A stretch of DNA of 59,559 nt, filler included, from Sphacelaria rigidula (Eukaryota), in the NCBI GenBank assembly GCA_964200075.2. It is 6 parts of 6 records of this genome, joined end to end, with 100 filler letters (N's around TTAATTAATTAA, not from the genome) between each part and the next. Parts side by side here need not be neighbours in the genome. Positions count along the whole stretch, not along the records: positions 29,831 to 39,673 come from CAXNAA020007646.1; positions 39,774 to 49,616 come from CAXNAA020007647.1; positions 49,717 to 59,559 come from CAXNAA020007648.1; 3 more parts are not named here. One strand, 5' to 3'. The translations under genes were made by a program, and so were the position numbers. This document shows, piece after piece, positions 37,709 to 49,799 of the stretch. A model generated the notes under the pieces. The model had not been told where the DNA came from and did no database searches. It worked only from the letters and a program-made list of their open reading frames with translations. Numbering within the stretch: position 1 is the first letter of the stretch; each line of letters starts with the position of its first letter.

Positions 37709-38637
37709 AAAGTCTTACGCACAGAACATGTCGGTAAAACGGTATGTATAGAGGTTGTGAAGAAATCTTTACCCGCAACCGGGTATTTCTACAAGGGTAT
37801 ATCCGTGCCCCGGGTAAGGGAAAACAGTTCATTCCGATCTCATAGAACCTGTCAGGTACCGGTATGAGAGGCTTACAGAACTCACAGAACATGTCGGGTA
37901 CTGGTGTAATCGTGCAGAGCTCACAGACCTGTTGGGTTCGGGTAACTCCCCGGGTATACACAAAATCGTACCTACAGAAGTATCCATGACCACTTTGTGT
38001 GCTGTGTTGGCTAAAACAAAGCCGAACTTTTTCATGACATCGCTACAAATGTGCACTGTTCAATGACATCGCTACAAATGTGGACGGCAGTGTAGCGATT
38101 CCTTGACTTTTCCAGGCTTCTCCTTTTGGTGTGTTAAACAGCGTGACACGATCTGTGTTGTTTCACAGCTATGTATCGGCTGAGGTATCAGTGCACTGTA
38201 CCGTCCCGCAAAGTTGTGCTGTGCCGCACTTCGCAGCATATCCTGGAGTGTTTCTGTCTGTTAGCATCGCTCCACCCTCCGAAATAGCATGCCTAAAAAG
38301 CCTAACAGCAGTGCTGTGCTGGTGTGGTAGCACCTTACATAGATATCAATTTACAACAGCACAGTCAGCGGCACAAGAACGCAGGGTTGAACCGACTTAC
38401 CGTTGCGGCGTGGGGGCTGCAGGGTCTGAAATTGTGCGCAACCTGGTTGTGTTCTTTCCCAGCCACCTCCATCGGTGCATTACGAGGCAGGAACCCCTTT
38501 GGTTCCGGCGATGCCGTTTGTTCAGCCTTAGCTCTCCTCATGCTCGAGGAGATGGTGAATCTATGCCTTCGCCTATATTTACCGTTGCACGACAAAGCGC
38601 CTTTACCGTATTGTCGTAATTACACCGTCGGTGTTAC

Positions 38638-39233
38638 GCCGGGGGTTAGTGTCACGTTTCCCATCACCACCCTCAAAATGAAGACGCGACGGAGACAAAG
38701 ATGTTGACGGAGGGTAAGATCGCAACGAAAATGACACATGGCTGAATTATGTAGGTAAAGCTTCGTTCTCATTGCAGTCTGGCTCAATTCTACCCTGTAC
38801 AGCTCACAAAACAGCGAGGCATACTGCCCTATAAGCTGCAAATATTTATACAAGCAAAAAAATCATTCTCCAACATGCCTTTCCTTCACACGACAGACCT
38901 GAGACCAAAGGGTATGACTCTAGCTAGAGCCATACCCTTTGCCTGAGACCCAAGACAAACCAGCAGTGTTTCGCCAGGGGTTAGTGTCACGTTTCTCACC
39001 ACCACCCCCAAAATGAAGACGCGATGGAGTCAAAGAAGTGTACAAAGCGTTATATCGCCACAAAAGCGATACAAAGCTGTAGTATATATCTGGAGCAACC
39101 TTCTCATCGCAGCCTGGCTGTATTCCACCCAGTACAACTCACAAACCAGCGATGGATACTCCTGGGGAAAGTTGTAACTATTTGTTCAAGCAAAAACGTC
39201 ATTTTCCAAAATACCCGTCCTTCACGCGACAGA
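38638..39233. repeat. Diverged ~260-bp direct duplication (38638-38897 and 38972-39233)
   Basis: Both copies begin ggggttagtgtcacgttt...aaaatgaagacgcga and end ccttcac.cgacaga. Confidence 0.85.
38906..38941. mobile_element. 36-bp palindromic hAT-type mini-element with 8-bp TSD
   Basis: cctgagac|caaagggtatg-actctagctagagc-cataccctttg|cctgagac. Confidence 0.8.
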
Positions 39234-39673
39234 AGATTACTCACTACTGACGGGCGTCACCACACCGGAACTTTACACGCAGGCAAAACTGAAGACTAGC
39301 CTTCCTTCAAGCTCGAGCATGCTCCAATTGCATGTCGAAACAGTGCAATATCATCAGTATATGATCTTCACTTCACCCCTACTTCTAATTTTGCGACAGA
39401 TGTGTTGGCCGCCAGGAAAAGCGAGATTGGTAAGGACACGTTTTTCTACACGGAGCAATTTGATTTGTGTCGACAGCTGCCGTGTGCATCGAGATATTGC
39501 CATCTCAGTGAGAGGTGTTACAACTTGTGAGGTGCGGCATAAAACCCATCGGGTCATACGAAGGTGGTATCCAAATCGAGTAGGTAGTTATTGCGCCGCG
39601 TATTTAACAGTGTTTTCGTGAGATTGAGAGTAGATGATACGATTGAGAGTGAAAAGCGGTCAATCAGTGAATG

Positions 39674-39773
39674 NNNNNNNNNNNNNNNNNNNNNNNNNNN
39701 NNNNNNNNNNNNNNNNNTTAATTAATTAANNNNNNNNNNNNNNNNNNNNNNNNNNNNNNNNNNNNNNNNNNNN
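39674..39773. other. Artificial scaffold linker
   Basis: N44-TTAATTAATTAA-N44. Confidence 0.97.
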
Positions 39774-39997
39774 GTTGCTCACAAGATGCAGGACAATGAG
39801 TGGCGGCGTTTTTTGTTGGACTGTTCATCACCATGTTTTCGCTGCCGCGCGCAGAAACTTCTCGGTTAGGGGCACATGGGCGCAACCGATTGCGAGTCCC
39901 AAGCATTTTGAACAAAACAAATGGAATTTCGATGGTCCGTTGAACCTCATAAAACGTTTAACCTCAATAACGATTCCAGGCTGTTTTATGATGACTT

Positions 39998-40368
39998 AAT
40001 ATCCATGATTTTGGACATCATCACTGGGCTGGCTTGGAGTGAATAAAGTCTGAACTAATATGTGATCAGAATAGAACAGCCGATGGCTTGAAAGAAATAA
40101 CCGTATGGATGAGAGTGTCACGAAGGAGAAAACAAAACGAAAAACGAGTGTTTTGGTAATGAGTTGTGCCTTCATATCCATGATTTTGGACGTTACATTT
40201 GGGCTAGCTCGGGGTAGGAGTCTGAACAAATATTGCACTGTAGAATCGTTAATTGTGATTGGAATAACAGCCGATGGCTTGGAAGAGCCGTATGGATAAG
40301 GGTGTTATGCAGGAGGAAACAACAGAAAAACAAGTACTTTGGTAGTAAGACATGCCTTCATATCCATG
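39998..40368. repeat. ~180-190-bp diverged tandem repeat (~2 units)
   Basis: aacagccgatggcttg occurs at ~40076 and ~40267; atatccatg occurs at ~39999, ~40174 and ~40360. Confidence 0.75.
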
Positions 40369-40826
40369 TTACCCTTGGGCCGAATCAGGTGCTCATTCAC
40401 CCTAGGTAGCTCTGTTCAAATGCCCATGTCTCGAGATTGCGGGCGCTATTTCAAGATCTGAGAGGATCGTTCGAACCGTCTTGTTCATGGCTGTCTATTG
40501 GAACTGGTTCTACGGTTTGATGCTCAAAAATGGATTCGAAAAAAGTATTCCCCCGTGAAAACGTATCGCTCGTTTTGGATATGCGACCGGGACGTGACAA
40601 CGGCTGCACTCTCCAAGTTTTATTTGATATATTCAAGTTACGCTTGTGTTGCGGTGAAATCAATACAATAGTGTCCACAGATGGTTTGAAGGTTTTGGTA
40701 GCGCCGCGAAACAGGTGTCTGTTGGGGGGGTCACACTTGTGTGATGTTATTTTTTCCTCTGCTATTACTTCTATTGACTATGTATACGCCACCGTAATAG
40801 AAGTCGTCGTACTTCTGTTTACTTCT

Positions 40827-41058
40827 ACTTCCTCGGGACGAGTCCGATGTTTTACAGGATCAACTCATTTTCCGTCCTGTACCTCCCTTTCATTCTGTTA
40901 GCGCACCCATCTCTGGCCATTTTTTTCCCTGTTCCACACCCTCACACTTTCAAAGACGGGAAGCAGATTCTGCACGAAAATACCACATCGGCCAGGATTC
41001 GAATCGCAACGTTCCACTTGAAGCGGTTTATGCTGTACTAGTTCGATCACCGGGGCGA
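40827..41058 (-). mobile_element. tRNA-derived SINE with the family-2 tail
   Basis: The minus-strand head reads tcgccccggtg...gattcgaatcc. The tail, cttcctcgggacgagtccg on the plus strand, is shared with 13376-13395. Confidence 0.65.
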
Positions 41059-41711
41059 GGCGGATAGGGTTCAAGCTCCATACAGGAGGGGGGAGGAAAC
41101 GACAGTACGGTCATGTCCCCAGGGGTGAGGGAGGACCCCCATGACATTGATATTTTAGCATTCACCAGTCACCAGATAATCATGAAGGGCAGCAGTAATT
41201 ACAGTAGGATCACAACCCTGAGGAGTTGGATTACGACCAAGTACAGTCACGAATATCCTCTCCAACGTAAGTGTTGCTCAACTATGTGAGCTCACGGATA
41301 CCGCGGTTGACCCATGTGGTGGCGAGGTACATTACTCCGTGTTGAGTCACATGCATCAATCCCAGCAAACATAGTATTGAAGGCATGCTGTCCAGCGTCG
41401 TTACTTAGGTGTGTAGAAATAATCAGTTGCTGAGCATGTTTGCACTCGAGCCCTACTCTTTGCCAGCAGTCGAACACATTCTGAGATACGACCAGCAAGC
41501 CTTTTCCCGATTCACACCTCACACAGAATACGCACTGAGCTATCACCCGTTCACTACTGTACTGTACTGTACTGTACTGTGCAGGCCTACAACGCTCGAC
41601 TCAGAGTGAGCACACGTTCGCTGTATCGATGTTGTCGGTAGTACTCTCGAGTACATTGTTGGGGTACTGTACAGAATAGTACGCGCGTGTTCCGCGCACA
41701 CCTAGACTCAG

Positions 41712-44700
41712 TCAGTACCCTCGTCCTATTTTGGCTTTCTTCGTGGAGGCACTCCCCCCGCCTTTCAAGAGTTTACCCCCAAGCTTGACTTGCTGGTTCA
41801 TGACGGCCTGCTGCTCCTCCAACCAAGCTAGGTTATTGCGAAGTTTGCGCTTCCTAAAATGGAAAAGGGCCCATGTCGAACAGAGGTAGCGCATGAACAG
41901 CATCTCATTATATTGAAACAGGAAGCGCTATGCACGCCCGTAGCACGTCATCATGACTTGAACGAACTATGTGGCGTGTGCTCCTTCACCAAAGAGAACA
42001 CATCGCACAAAATACACGATCTAGTGCCGTGTTTCAAATCTCCATACACGTGAGGGCTTGGCCCTATTCCATGTTTCCAGGGACTCGAGCTCAACACATG
42101 GGTACGTGGGTCTCCCCACACCAGAAACCCCTTTGGTTGCCCATCACGGGTCGTACAGCAGACTCGAACGCACCTGTCTGCCGCCTTGTCCTTGACCTTC
42201 TGCGTCTTCACGTGCTCCAAGAAAATGGCATCCCTCTTCAACTCGCGCATGGCGCCTTTTCGTTCACGCTTCACTTGTCGGCTCAGCTGCTTCAATTTTG
42301 TTTGCTCAGCATCCTGTCACCAGACGCAGCGAAGGAGCTCTGTCAGAAGGAGGTGAGGACTGCCTGCCGTTCTCAAGAGCCTTGAGCGAATACAAGGCGC
42401 ATCTATTGAACCCAAGACGAATGTGCAGTGAATTTTGCCTCTGTCCTCGGTTTACGTTCCTGCGGGGACTTTCCCGGAATGGCGAGAGGTTAGTCCCGTC
42501 CGTGCATCTTGCAACTCCAACTCCTGGTGAACAGTGTTTCTCGATCGGACCCGTGCGTAGTATGGTGCCCAGATCGCTTCAACATGATCGGACTGGCACG
42601 TTCCAAATATTGTTCAACAGATATACGACATGTCCTCTCTGGCAAGTGTACAATACCAACTGTGTACATTTTCGCTACGCTTTCATAAACTAGAAGTGTA
42701 ACGAATTGTACGTGTATGAAAAAATCGGAACAAGAAAGAAATCGCTCGCAGGAGTGAGCACAAAGACGGGACGACCAGAGAAGACATATCGAACGGTGAA
42801 ACATGTGGCCCGAGCTAGGTCCTGTACCAGGGGCATGCAGTAGCGAACTGCGTTGTTCGTACGTAGTTCGCTGACGGGACTGAATCGGGCTGGTCATGCT
42901 CAGGTTGTTGTGCAGACGTAAAGGGTGATCGATGACTGTAGGCTGTGTCGTCACTGGGTTGTCGGAGACGCGCACACCAGAAGGAATGAGTTCGGTGCCG
43001 GGGGACACGACGTGATCTGCCGCGGGGCGGACGGGGAAATGGAAGCGCTAGATAACAAGGGGGTTGTAGTCCACAAAGAAATTGACCATTCGTAACGCCG
43101 CGTCGACAGGCGTTCACCAGCGAGATCCTCATGTTAATGCATTTCAATCTAGTGGGCAAGTCGAACGCTGTCCCGTCTGTAATAGTTGCCGATGTCCTCA
43201 CTAGTACGTTTACGCCAAGGGGGTTGAGGGGCATTTCATTTCTCGGGTCAACCTGGAAAGTACTATGATTCAAGTTCCCAACAACCAATCATTTATTCTG
43301 ATAGATGCCAACGCAAGGACTGGAGTCGAAAAAATGATGGAGAATTGCAAAACACGTGGGACATGCGCAGACGACTACTGGGCCAGCGACAGCAATTGGA
43401 CCGGATTACTGCGACTTGCAAATAACAACAGGCTTTCCCTGGTCAACACGTTTTTTTATAATTCCCTGTCCACTAGAGGTCGAAAAGGGACCGAAGGAGT
43501 TCGAGGCATGGCGACGCGTGATGGCGACGCTGCATGTGGGCGCAAAGAAGCTCAGTATCAAAAGGTTGCTGTGTTGAGAGCCCATGGGAGAACCGCACCT
43601 TGACACAGCAACGGCAACAACAGCCGGCGAGGGATCCAAGCTGAAGATAATTGAAAGGGTGGCCCGCTTCGTTCATGACAGAAAAGCAACTAGGGGTGAG
43701 GGGGCGTACTCATTTGTTGCTTGCCTCAGTCGTTTGACCATTGACCACGCATCCCTTTCGAGACGGGTGTGTGTGTGTACACGGAAACAAGTATTCCTGT
43801 CCCATCCCATAGATATCGCCTCGTCCCCTCGACCCTATCATTCTAGTGCCGTTTGCTAGTATCCTGGTCACTTTTTGCTCCTTTTCCCTCTTTTCTTCTT
43901 CGTGCGCCATGTCTGTGTTGGTCCCATCTTCATGCATAGTTGACGGCTGAGAGCTCCTGCCTCTTAGTGGGCACAGAGCCCACGGATAGGGCAAGAAATA
44001 CGAGTGGCAATATTTTTCCACTTATCAGATGCTTTCAATGTACGAAAATGCGACGATCTTTCACCGACCAGATGAGAAAAACAAGTAGTTTTTGAGTGGC
44101 AAAGTAGCTGTTATTGGCCCACACATTGCGCCGCTGCGAGTCAGACAGCTGCCACCATCAATCGCTGAGGATGCAGCAGCTCCGTGCTGGCTCAGTTTGT
44201 TTGCCCCAACCTGCTTCCACCCGCCATGCGTGTCTTCTCCGATCACAGCATTCGACTACAACTGAAGCACCAGAGAAGACGCAACAGACAGCTGCACAGC
44301 CGTCACGTGATCGTTTCAACTTTGTGTAAACAGCACTTTGATCCCACCCCGATCCTGTCCAGACCGAAACGCGGTATGCAGCAGTAGAACTGTAGGCACT
44401 CTCCAGCGCACATTACACCATTTTCGTCGTGAAGTATTCATGTGTACAACAGCAAAGCGACAACTACAGCATAGAAACGATGGGTGTGGGAAGCGCCTTG
44501 TTTTTTTCACGGAAGACGAAACAGCCAACACACTATGAAGGTTTCAACAAAGTGTAGACAGCACTGCGTGCAGACCAACACTATTTTTTCCCTCTAATTT
44601 CTGTAAAGGCCAACCCAGTGACAGTAAAGCAACTCAAGCAGTCCCAGCGGAGACCAAAACCTCTTCGCAAAGATCTGAACAAACCACAGCGCAGTGACAG

Positions 44701-47700
44701 CTACAACACATCAGAGAGGGCATAAGTACGTTTATGCTGCAGAAGAGTGAGACAGGATATGTTCCGTGTGATAGTTCGTCCCCTCATTTCAGACGGGTCC
44801 TACTTTTTGCCGAGTGTGCGTGCGTGTTGTCGACACTTTTATTTTGGACGCCGGTGTACATACAACTTTCGGTATATGTGGGCGCACCAGCCGGGGTCAC
44901 ACAGGAGGAAGGTCAACACAGGAGTTTTTTCTTTCTTGTTTGTGTTTAATACCCCACCTTCCTTCTGCGGTGCTTGCCATTTTTTTAACGCAAAAGGGGT
45001 TCAGCACTCCCTTTCCCTCGTCAACCGTGAAATCGAATTTTGTGTACCCACGACGACATGGTCGCTCTCCACCGTGTGGCATGGTATGAGAAAAAATCCC
45101 AGATCGCTGAGGTTTGAACCCACGACCTAGCCGTCAGAAGGTTTCAAGAGGTAACCAACTGAGCCACCGGGGCGATCGATCTGCAGCCGAGTGCCGATTT
45201 TAAACGCTCGGCCATAATCGAACTTCGCGCAAAAATCTTTCGATTCACTTTGAGTTACCCCCATCTATGGGAGGTGGACCTCTCAGTGGGGTCTCCATGT
45301 AGCTAAGTGGAAGCCTACTTCCACGGCCATGTTTTGTGTACGACCTCCCACCTGAGGTGCTAGTAGCGGTGTGCGGGGTTCTCCCTGGGACCGTTACTCT
45401 GTTCGCTCTGAGCTCTCTTCTTCGTTTTTCGCTCATTTTCTCGACTTCCGTTTGCGAATATTGCTAATTCTGTGCATGCACCTCAGACAGTCCATCTCAT
45501 CACCACGGCTGAATTCGGGGTGGATCAAGTAATGCGCAACAGTCAGATCAGTATTGATTGAAAAAAACGAAACGCCATACTTGATGGCGCTCACCATTTG
45601 GAGTTTCACTGGGATGTCTCTAGGGCAGGAAACAATAAGTTGAAGATAATCCACCACTGCGCCATGGCCGCGCTTTCACTTCTTTTTGTTCTCTCGGAAA
45701 GTCGCTGTACAAATTGGTGGACAATCTGTAAATGGTTTCTGGTTGTCGCAACTGCAGCGTGCGCGAAACAATTTTATGAACGGCAATGAGAGAAGGGGGT
45801 GTTATATTGATACTTCACCTTGTGACCATCTTTCTTCATCTTGTAACTCTCTTGGAATTTCGGTACCAGCGCCTCCAAAGCGGGTGGGTCCACTGCACGC
45901 CAGTAGAGTGGGTTGCGCCTGGACAAACACTGGTCGCGGCGAGTAAACACATAGTGTGGATTCCCTTCATGCTGTTGCAAAAAAATACATTTGCTGCCAA
46001 CGTAAGATGATCTTGCTCGTGTAAGAGCACCTGTTCCTCTGGCTTCCTGCAAGTTTGCCTCATAGAAGTGGGAAAGGTAGTCAGCTTCGCATGACCTCAG
46101 GAAAGCATCACGCCATCATAACCTCACCTCTTTTGTAGCAGCGTCAAGCATCTGCAACACTTCCTCAGTCAGGTTTCCAAGCGCCTTCGGTAGTGCAGGT
46201 TTGACTTCCGGCTGAATCTGCACAAAAAATAATCACAACAAGTTCACGAGTGCCGCATATTTGTAATCACCTCATCGAAATCCCGCTGACACCTCTTTTG
46301 TCAATCTGATGAGCTGCATCTGCAACACTAGACTCCATCAACTGTACGTTACCTGGAGGAGAACGCCTTGAATGGGACCGAACAATTCAGGAAAAGCCAA
46401 GTTCCCTCGTAGCTGGTGGCCGACTTGTCGCACAAGCTTAAACAAAGTTGCCAGCAAGCTCGTGGCAAAAAGCTGACGATGTACTGGGGTAGAAACCTTG
46501 GAGTCAACACAGGCGAACAAAATCACGGCGAGTCAAGAGAAGTCTTCAATAGTTTTACAACATTCAGATTTCACACGGAGGTATACTGTCCATCCATATG
46601 TTATCATGGAATAATCCACACTTTTGCAACGAGAGAAACAGTGACGCGGGAATACTTAGCAATAGCTTGCGCCAATCAAGCAGTTACTTTCCGTCAGCAC
46701 ATTCAACCATACCATAAAAAAATGAGAAAAGTTCCCAAGAAGCAATACTTAGCGCCTAACCCCTCCCTGACCAAACCGCAGTTGAAGACATGTTGGTCTT
46801 TTCAGGAGAACAACACATCCGCGTCACACCAACAACGACACTTCGCAATAGATGTATATCATCTAGAACCACACGCCAACCTCACCTCCCCCATGCCCAG
46901 GCTAAACGAGGGCAGCTTGCCTCCCTTGTGCATTCCTGCTGCTGAACGAAGCCAATCAAGGCGTGCACTTCTAAATGCTGGAGGCATCATTACCTGACAA
47001 AAGAACCACAAACGCCGCCGAGGTAAGTAACTCGGCTACTGTGAGAGCATCGCAGCCAGGCGCCAATCGCTCCTGAGGCATACTGGCCACTATATGCCTC
47101 TACCGTAACTACACCAACTCCTTCACGGAGTACAAGCATCACGACTCAACGCCAAACGCCTCGAAACTCAGTCCAGCCGAGTCAACACATATGGTAAAGA
47201 TGCTGCAGATTTCGCTCTGCACCTCCTGTTGAACGTACCGAGCTTTTGGGCGGAGCGAATAGGGATAGGGAAGAAGACAAGAAGACAAGAGCTTCGGGCG
47301 CCACCCGCCCGGCTCCGAGGGAGCACTGTAGGACCAATCCACATGAGAACACGCCTGCACGAACGCAACCAGCAAGGACAGCATATTGGGTTGCGACATC
47401 TTCAACGACCTACCAATCGCGCAAATGTTCGCCAATATACGGACATTTTTTCCACATGGCCAACCAATTAGGACTCGACCATGCCTGGTGGCCGCGACGA
47501 GCAGTCTCAACCTTCATGCGCAATGTCAACTCATCGGCTGCTCGCGCATTTGTGCGAGAAGGAGTAAAGGGTTCATCTCATGACGGGCACTTTGATCTTG
47601 TAGGATAAACCATCTCGGGCGCCTGTTCACGCAATTGATCTCTCATGTGGACGTTGCTTGGTCCTTCGTGTGTGAACGAAACTGAACCTGAGCGGGAGGG

Positions 47701-49061
47701 TGGTTTTGTCCCAGCCTCTCACGACGTGCTTTGCTAACGCTCATGATATTTCAAGCAATTACTGATACCCAGTCGTTTCGCACCTGCGATAAGATCCGGA
47801 GCAGTCTTCACAGGACACTGGCTAAGGCACTGCGACAGATGCAGTAGAGCAGGAGTCACCACTGGGTGTCTGCCAACAATGCACCAAGAAGCGCGTGACA
47901 CCAGACAGGGGCACAGGGTCAGCAGGTCGTACATGCACAAGTTCACTCAGAGATCGAAAATCAACACTCAGGAGTCGACCAAATTCAAGACGGGAAAAGC
48001 ATACCGATCATTTATAACCCGTGCATAGTACAGTAGTGGGCGGTCTAACTATTCATTTTGAGGCATTTTGTGATATCTTCGTAATTTTCGATTTTCTTGG
48101 GCTCGTGTCGCTTGCCACCACTTATCATATTGGGGATCTGAAGATATGTGTATCCGCTCCATATTCCAAGAGAAAAGAACATATGTACTCAATATTGAGT
48201 GACTTACGGGCTGACTGGTCATCGGGGGTCCTGCGACGTTTCAGCCCAGATTCTTACTCTTTCGTATTTTTGGCCGATCGAGCCTGTCTCGATCATATTT
48301 CTAAAATGATGTACAGTTTTATTTTTTTTAAATTCTGCTTATTCATAGCACTAGAGCCGAAAAACTGTGTTTCACGGTCAATAACACCCTTTTGATGAAC
48401 GGGGTATTTACTCGTTTTGCCCGATAACACCAACTAGCACTGACTTGGGCTCTGTTTTGAGGGTGATCTGTTTATTGTACCAAAATCTACCGACGCTAGC
48501 ATTTTCGAGTTCTATCGAAGATTGGTACGCGAGAAAAAACTCTAAACCCCGCTGAATAGTTAGACCGCCCACTACTGTAGTGCCGAGGGCTGACAAGACA
48601 CAGACTTTACCATTATACACTGCACCAGCGAAATCACCAACAGTGACCACCAACTAAATTGTTTGTCTACTATGCGGCATCAATCGTCTTCTATAACCAC
48701 ATGTCGAACCGATTGAATGCCAACAGAAAGTATGGGTTCCATCTGTTGGATTGCACGAGCAACTGATTGCATTGGTAGGTGACAGCCTGATACTGCAACC
48801 TACGCTGAACGAATGCAGTCACGCAATCACTGGTCAAACGTGGAGCCGACTTGTCCCGCCGGTGTTTACTTGCGGGAGCGTATAAATGTACACCAAATAA
48901 TGTTCAAGTTCCCAGATTAACAATACATACAATCCTGCAGGCATAATAAACCTGAAATCGGTGCACGGGAATACATGCACAAGCAGTTTCAGCTGAACGA
49001 GGGATCCCGCGCCTGGCCAGTATCCGGAACCGCAAGCGCCCATCCTGAGGTCCGTCATTGC
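41712..49061 (-). CDS. NOP14: Nucleolar protein 14 (SSU processome component), 3' nine exons; the 5' part is not on this scaffold
   Basis: Minus-strand exons 49061-48952, 47869-47784, 47354-47239, 46993-46886, 46496-46353, 46217-46128, 45929-45819, 42313-42174 and 41853-41712. All are GT-AG and phase-compatible, totalling 1047 nt (348 aa plus TGA). Nop14 motifs: FPCTDFRHPVVTPALL, R..PEAL.FL, AFPELF.PI, PKFQESY and KLKQLSRQVKRERKGAMRELKRDAIFL. Confidence 0.92.
42900..43690. mobile_element. Fragmented RTE-like LINE remnants in a NOP14 intron (APE endonuclease piece on + at ~43265-43455)
   Basis: ILIDANARTG...LLRLANNNRLSLVNTFF is an apurinic-endonuclease motif. The flanking pieces are heavily decayed. 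Confidence 0.6.
43700..43768 (-). mobile_element. 3'-terminal fragment of the 19888-21732 LINE family
   Basis: gtactcatttgttgctt...tcgtttgaccattga.cacgcatcc.tttcgagacgg is the approximate reverse complement of 21661-21720. Confidence 0.8.
44814..45175 (-). mobile_element. tRNA-derived SINE family 1, full length, in a NOP14 intron
   Basis: The minus strand reads tcgccccggtggctcagttggt...ccttctgacgg...gtgggttcaaacc, and the body matches 18538-18922. Confidence 0.85.
48031..48577. mobile_element. Tc1/mariner (pogo-like) MITE with perfect 25-bp TIRs and TA TSD, in a NOP14 intron
   Basis: ta|cagtagtgggcggtctaactattca ... tgaatagttagaccgcccactactg|ta. Confidence 0.92.
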
Positions 49062-49616
49062 CTGTAACCATCAAGAGAAATGGACGTCAAGTTCGAGCGG
49101 TTTCATGAGCTGAAAAACGTAAGCCAAGACTCAACAAAAAGCTGGCAGGACTTCACACGATAATCTTGCTCGACCAGCTTCGGGGCGGTTTGCGGGCATG
49201 TGCACGCATCCCCGTCATATGAAATGCCTCGAACCGCAGATGCAAATCCCGATCTGGGACAGATCATTCCCAAATACTCGCGAAAAATTGTAAAATGACA
49301 CTTTTGCTTCCAGCTAGGACACGTTCCCGGAAGGTCACGTATAGCGCCGGGAATCGAGTTGTGCTGTGCTGGAATCCATGAACAGTTGGTCAGATTTACA
49401 CGTGAGCTGGTGGACTTTGCCAAAGGTATTGTCACACGGTCACCACAAGACAGAAATAACTATCTTGTATCTTCGAACACGAACAGGGGAGCGTCTAAAA
49501 TGACTATACTTGAGACTGGGTAAAATATATATATATACATATATTTTCGTCCCCAGAGGACAGGAAGGAACCTTTTATCCATACTCTTCGCTATCTCTAG
49601 CTGCGTGCAGCACTTC

Positions 49617-49716
49617 NNNNNNNNNNNNNNNNNNNNNNNNNNNNNNNNNNNNNNNNNNNNTTAATTAATTAANNNNNNNNNNNNNNNNNNNNNNNNNNNN
49701 NNNNNNNNNNNNNNNN
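49617..49716. other. Artificial scaffold linker
   Basis: N44-TTAATTAATTAA-N44. Confidence 0.97.
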
Positions 49717-49799
49717 CCGTTGCTGCTTTCCCCAACGATCTGACTCAAAATTTCGAGCAACAAATGCCCCAAAATACCCCCCCCCTTCTATCGTAGGAT

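Larger units (their letters stand above)
35935..37988. mobile_element. Outer non-autonomous element with acagaa/ggtaccggtatg subrepeats, interrupted by two nested insertions (left boundary approximate)
   Basis: The subrepeats continue on both sides of 36200-37708. cacaaaatcgta occurs near both ends, and the right end reads cctacagaagtatccatg. Confidence 0.55.
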
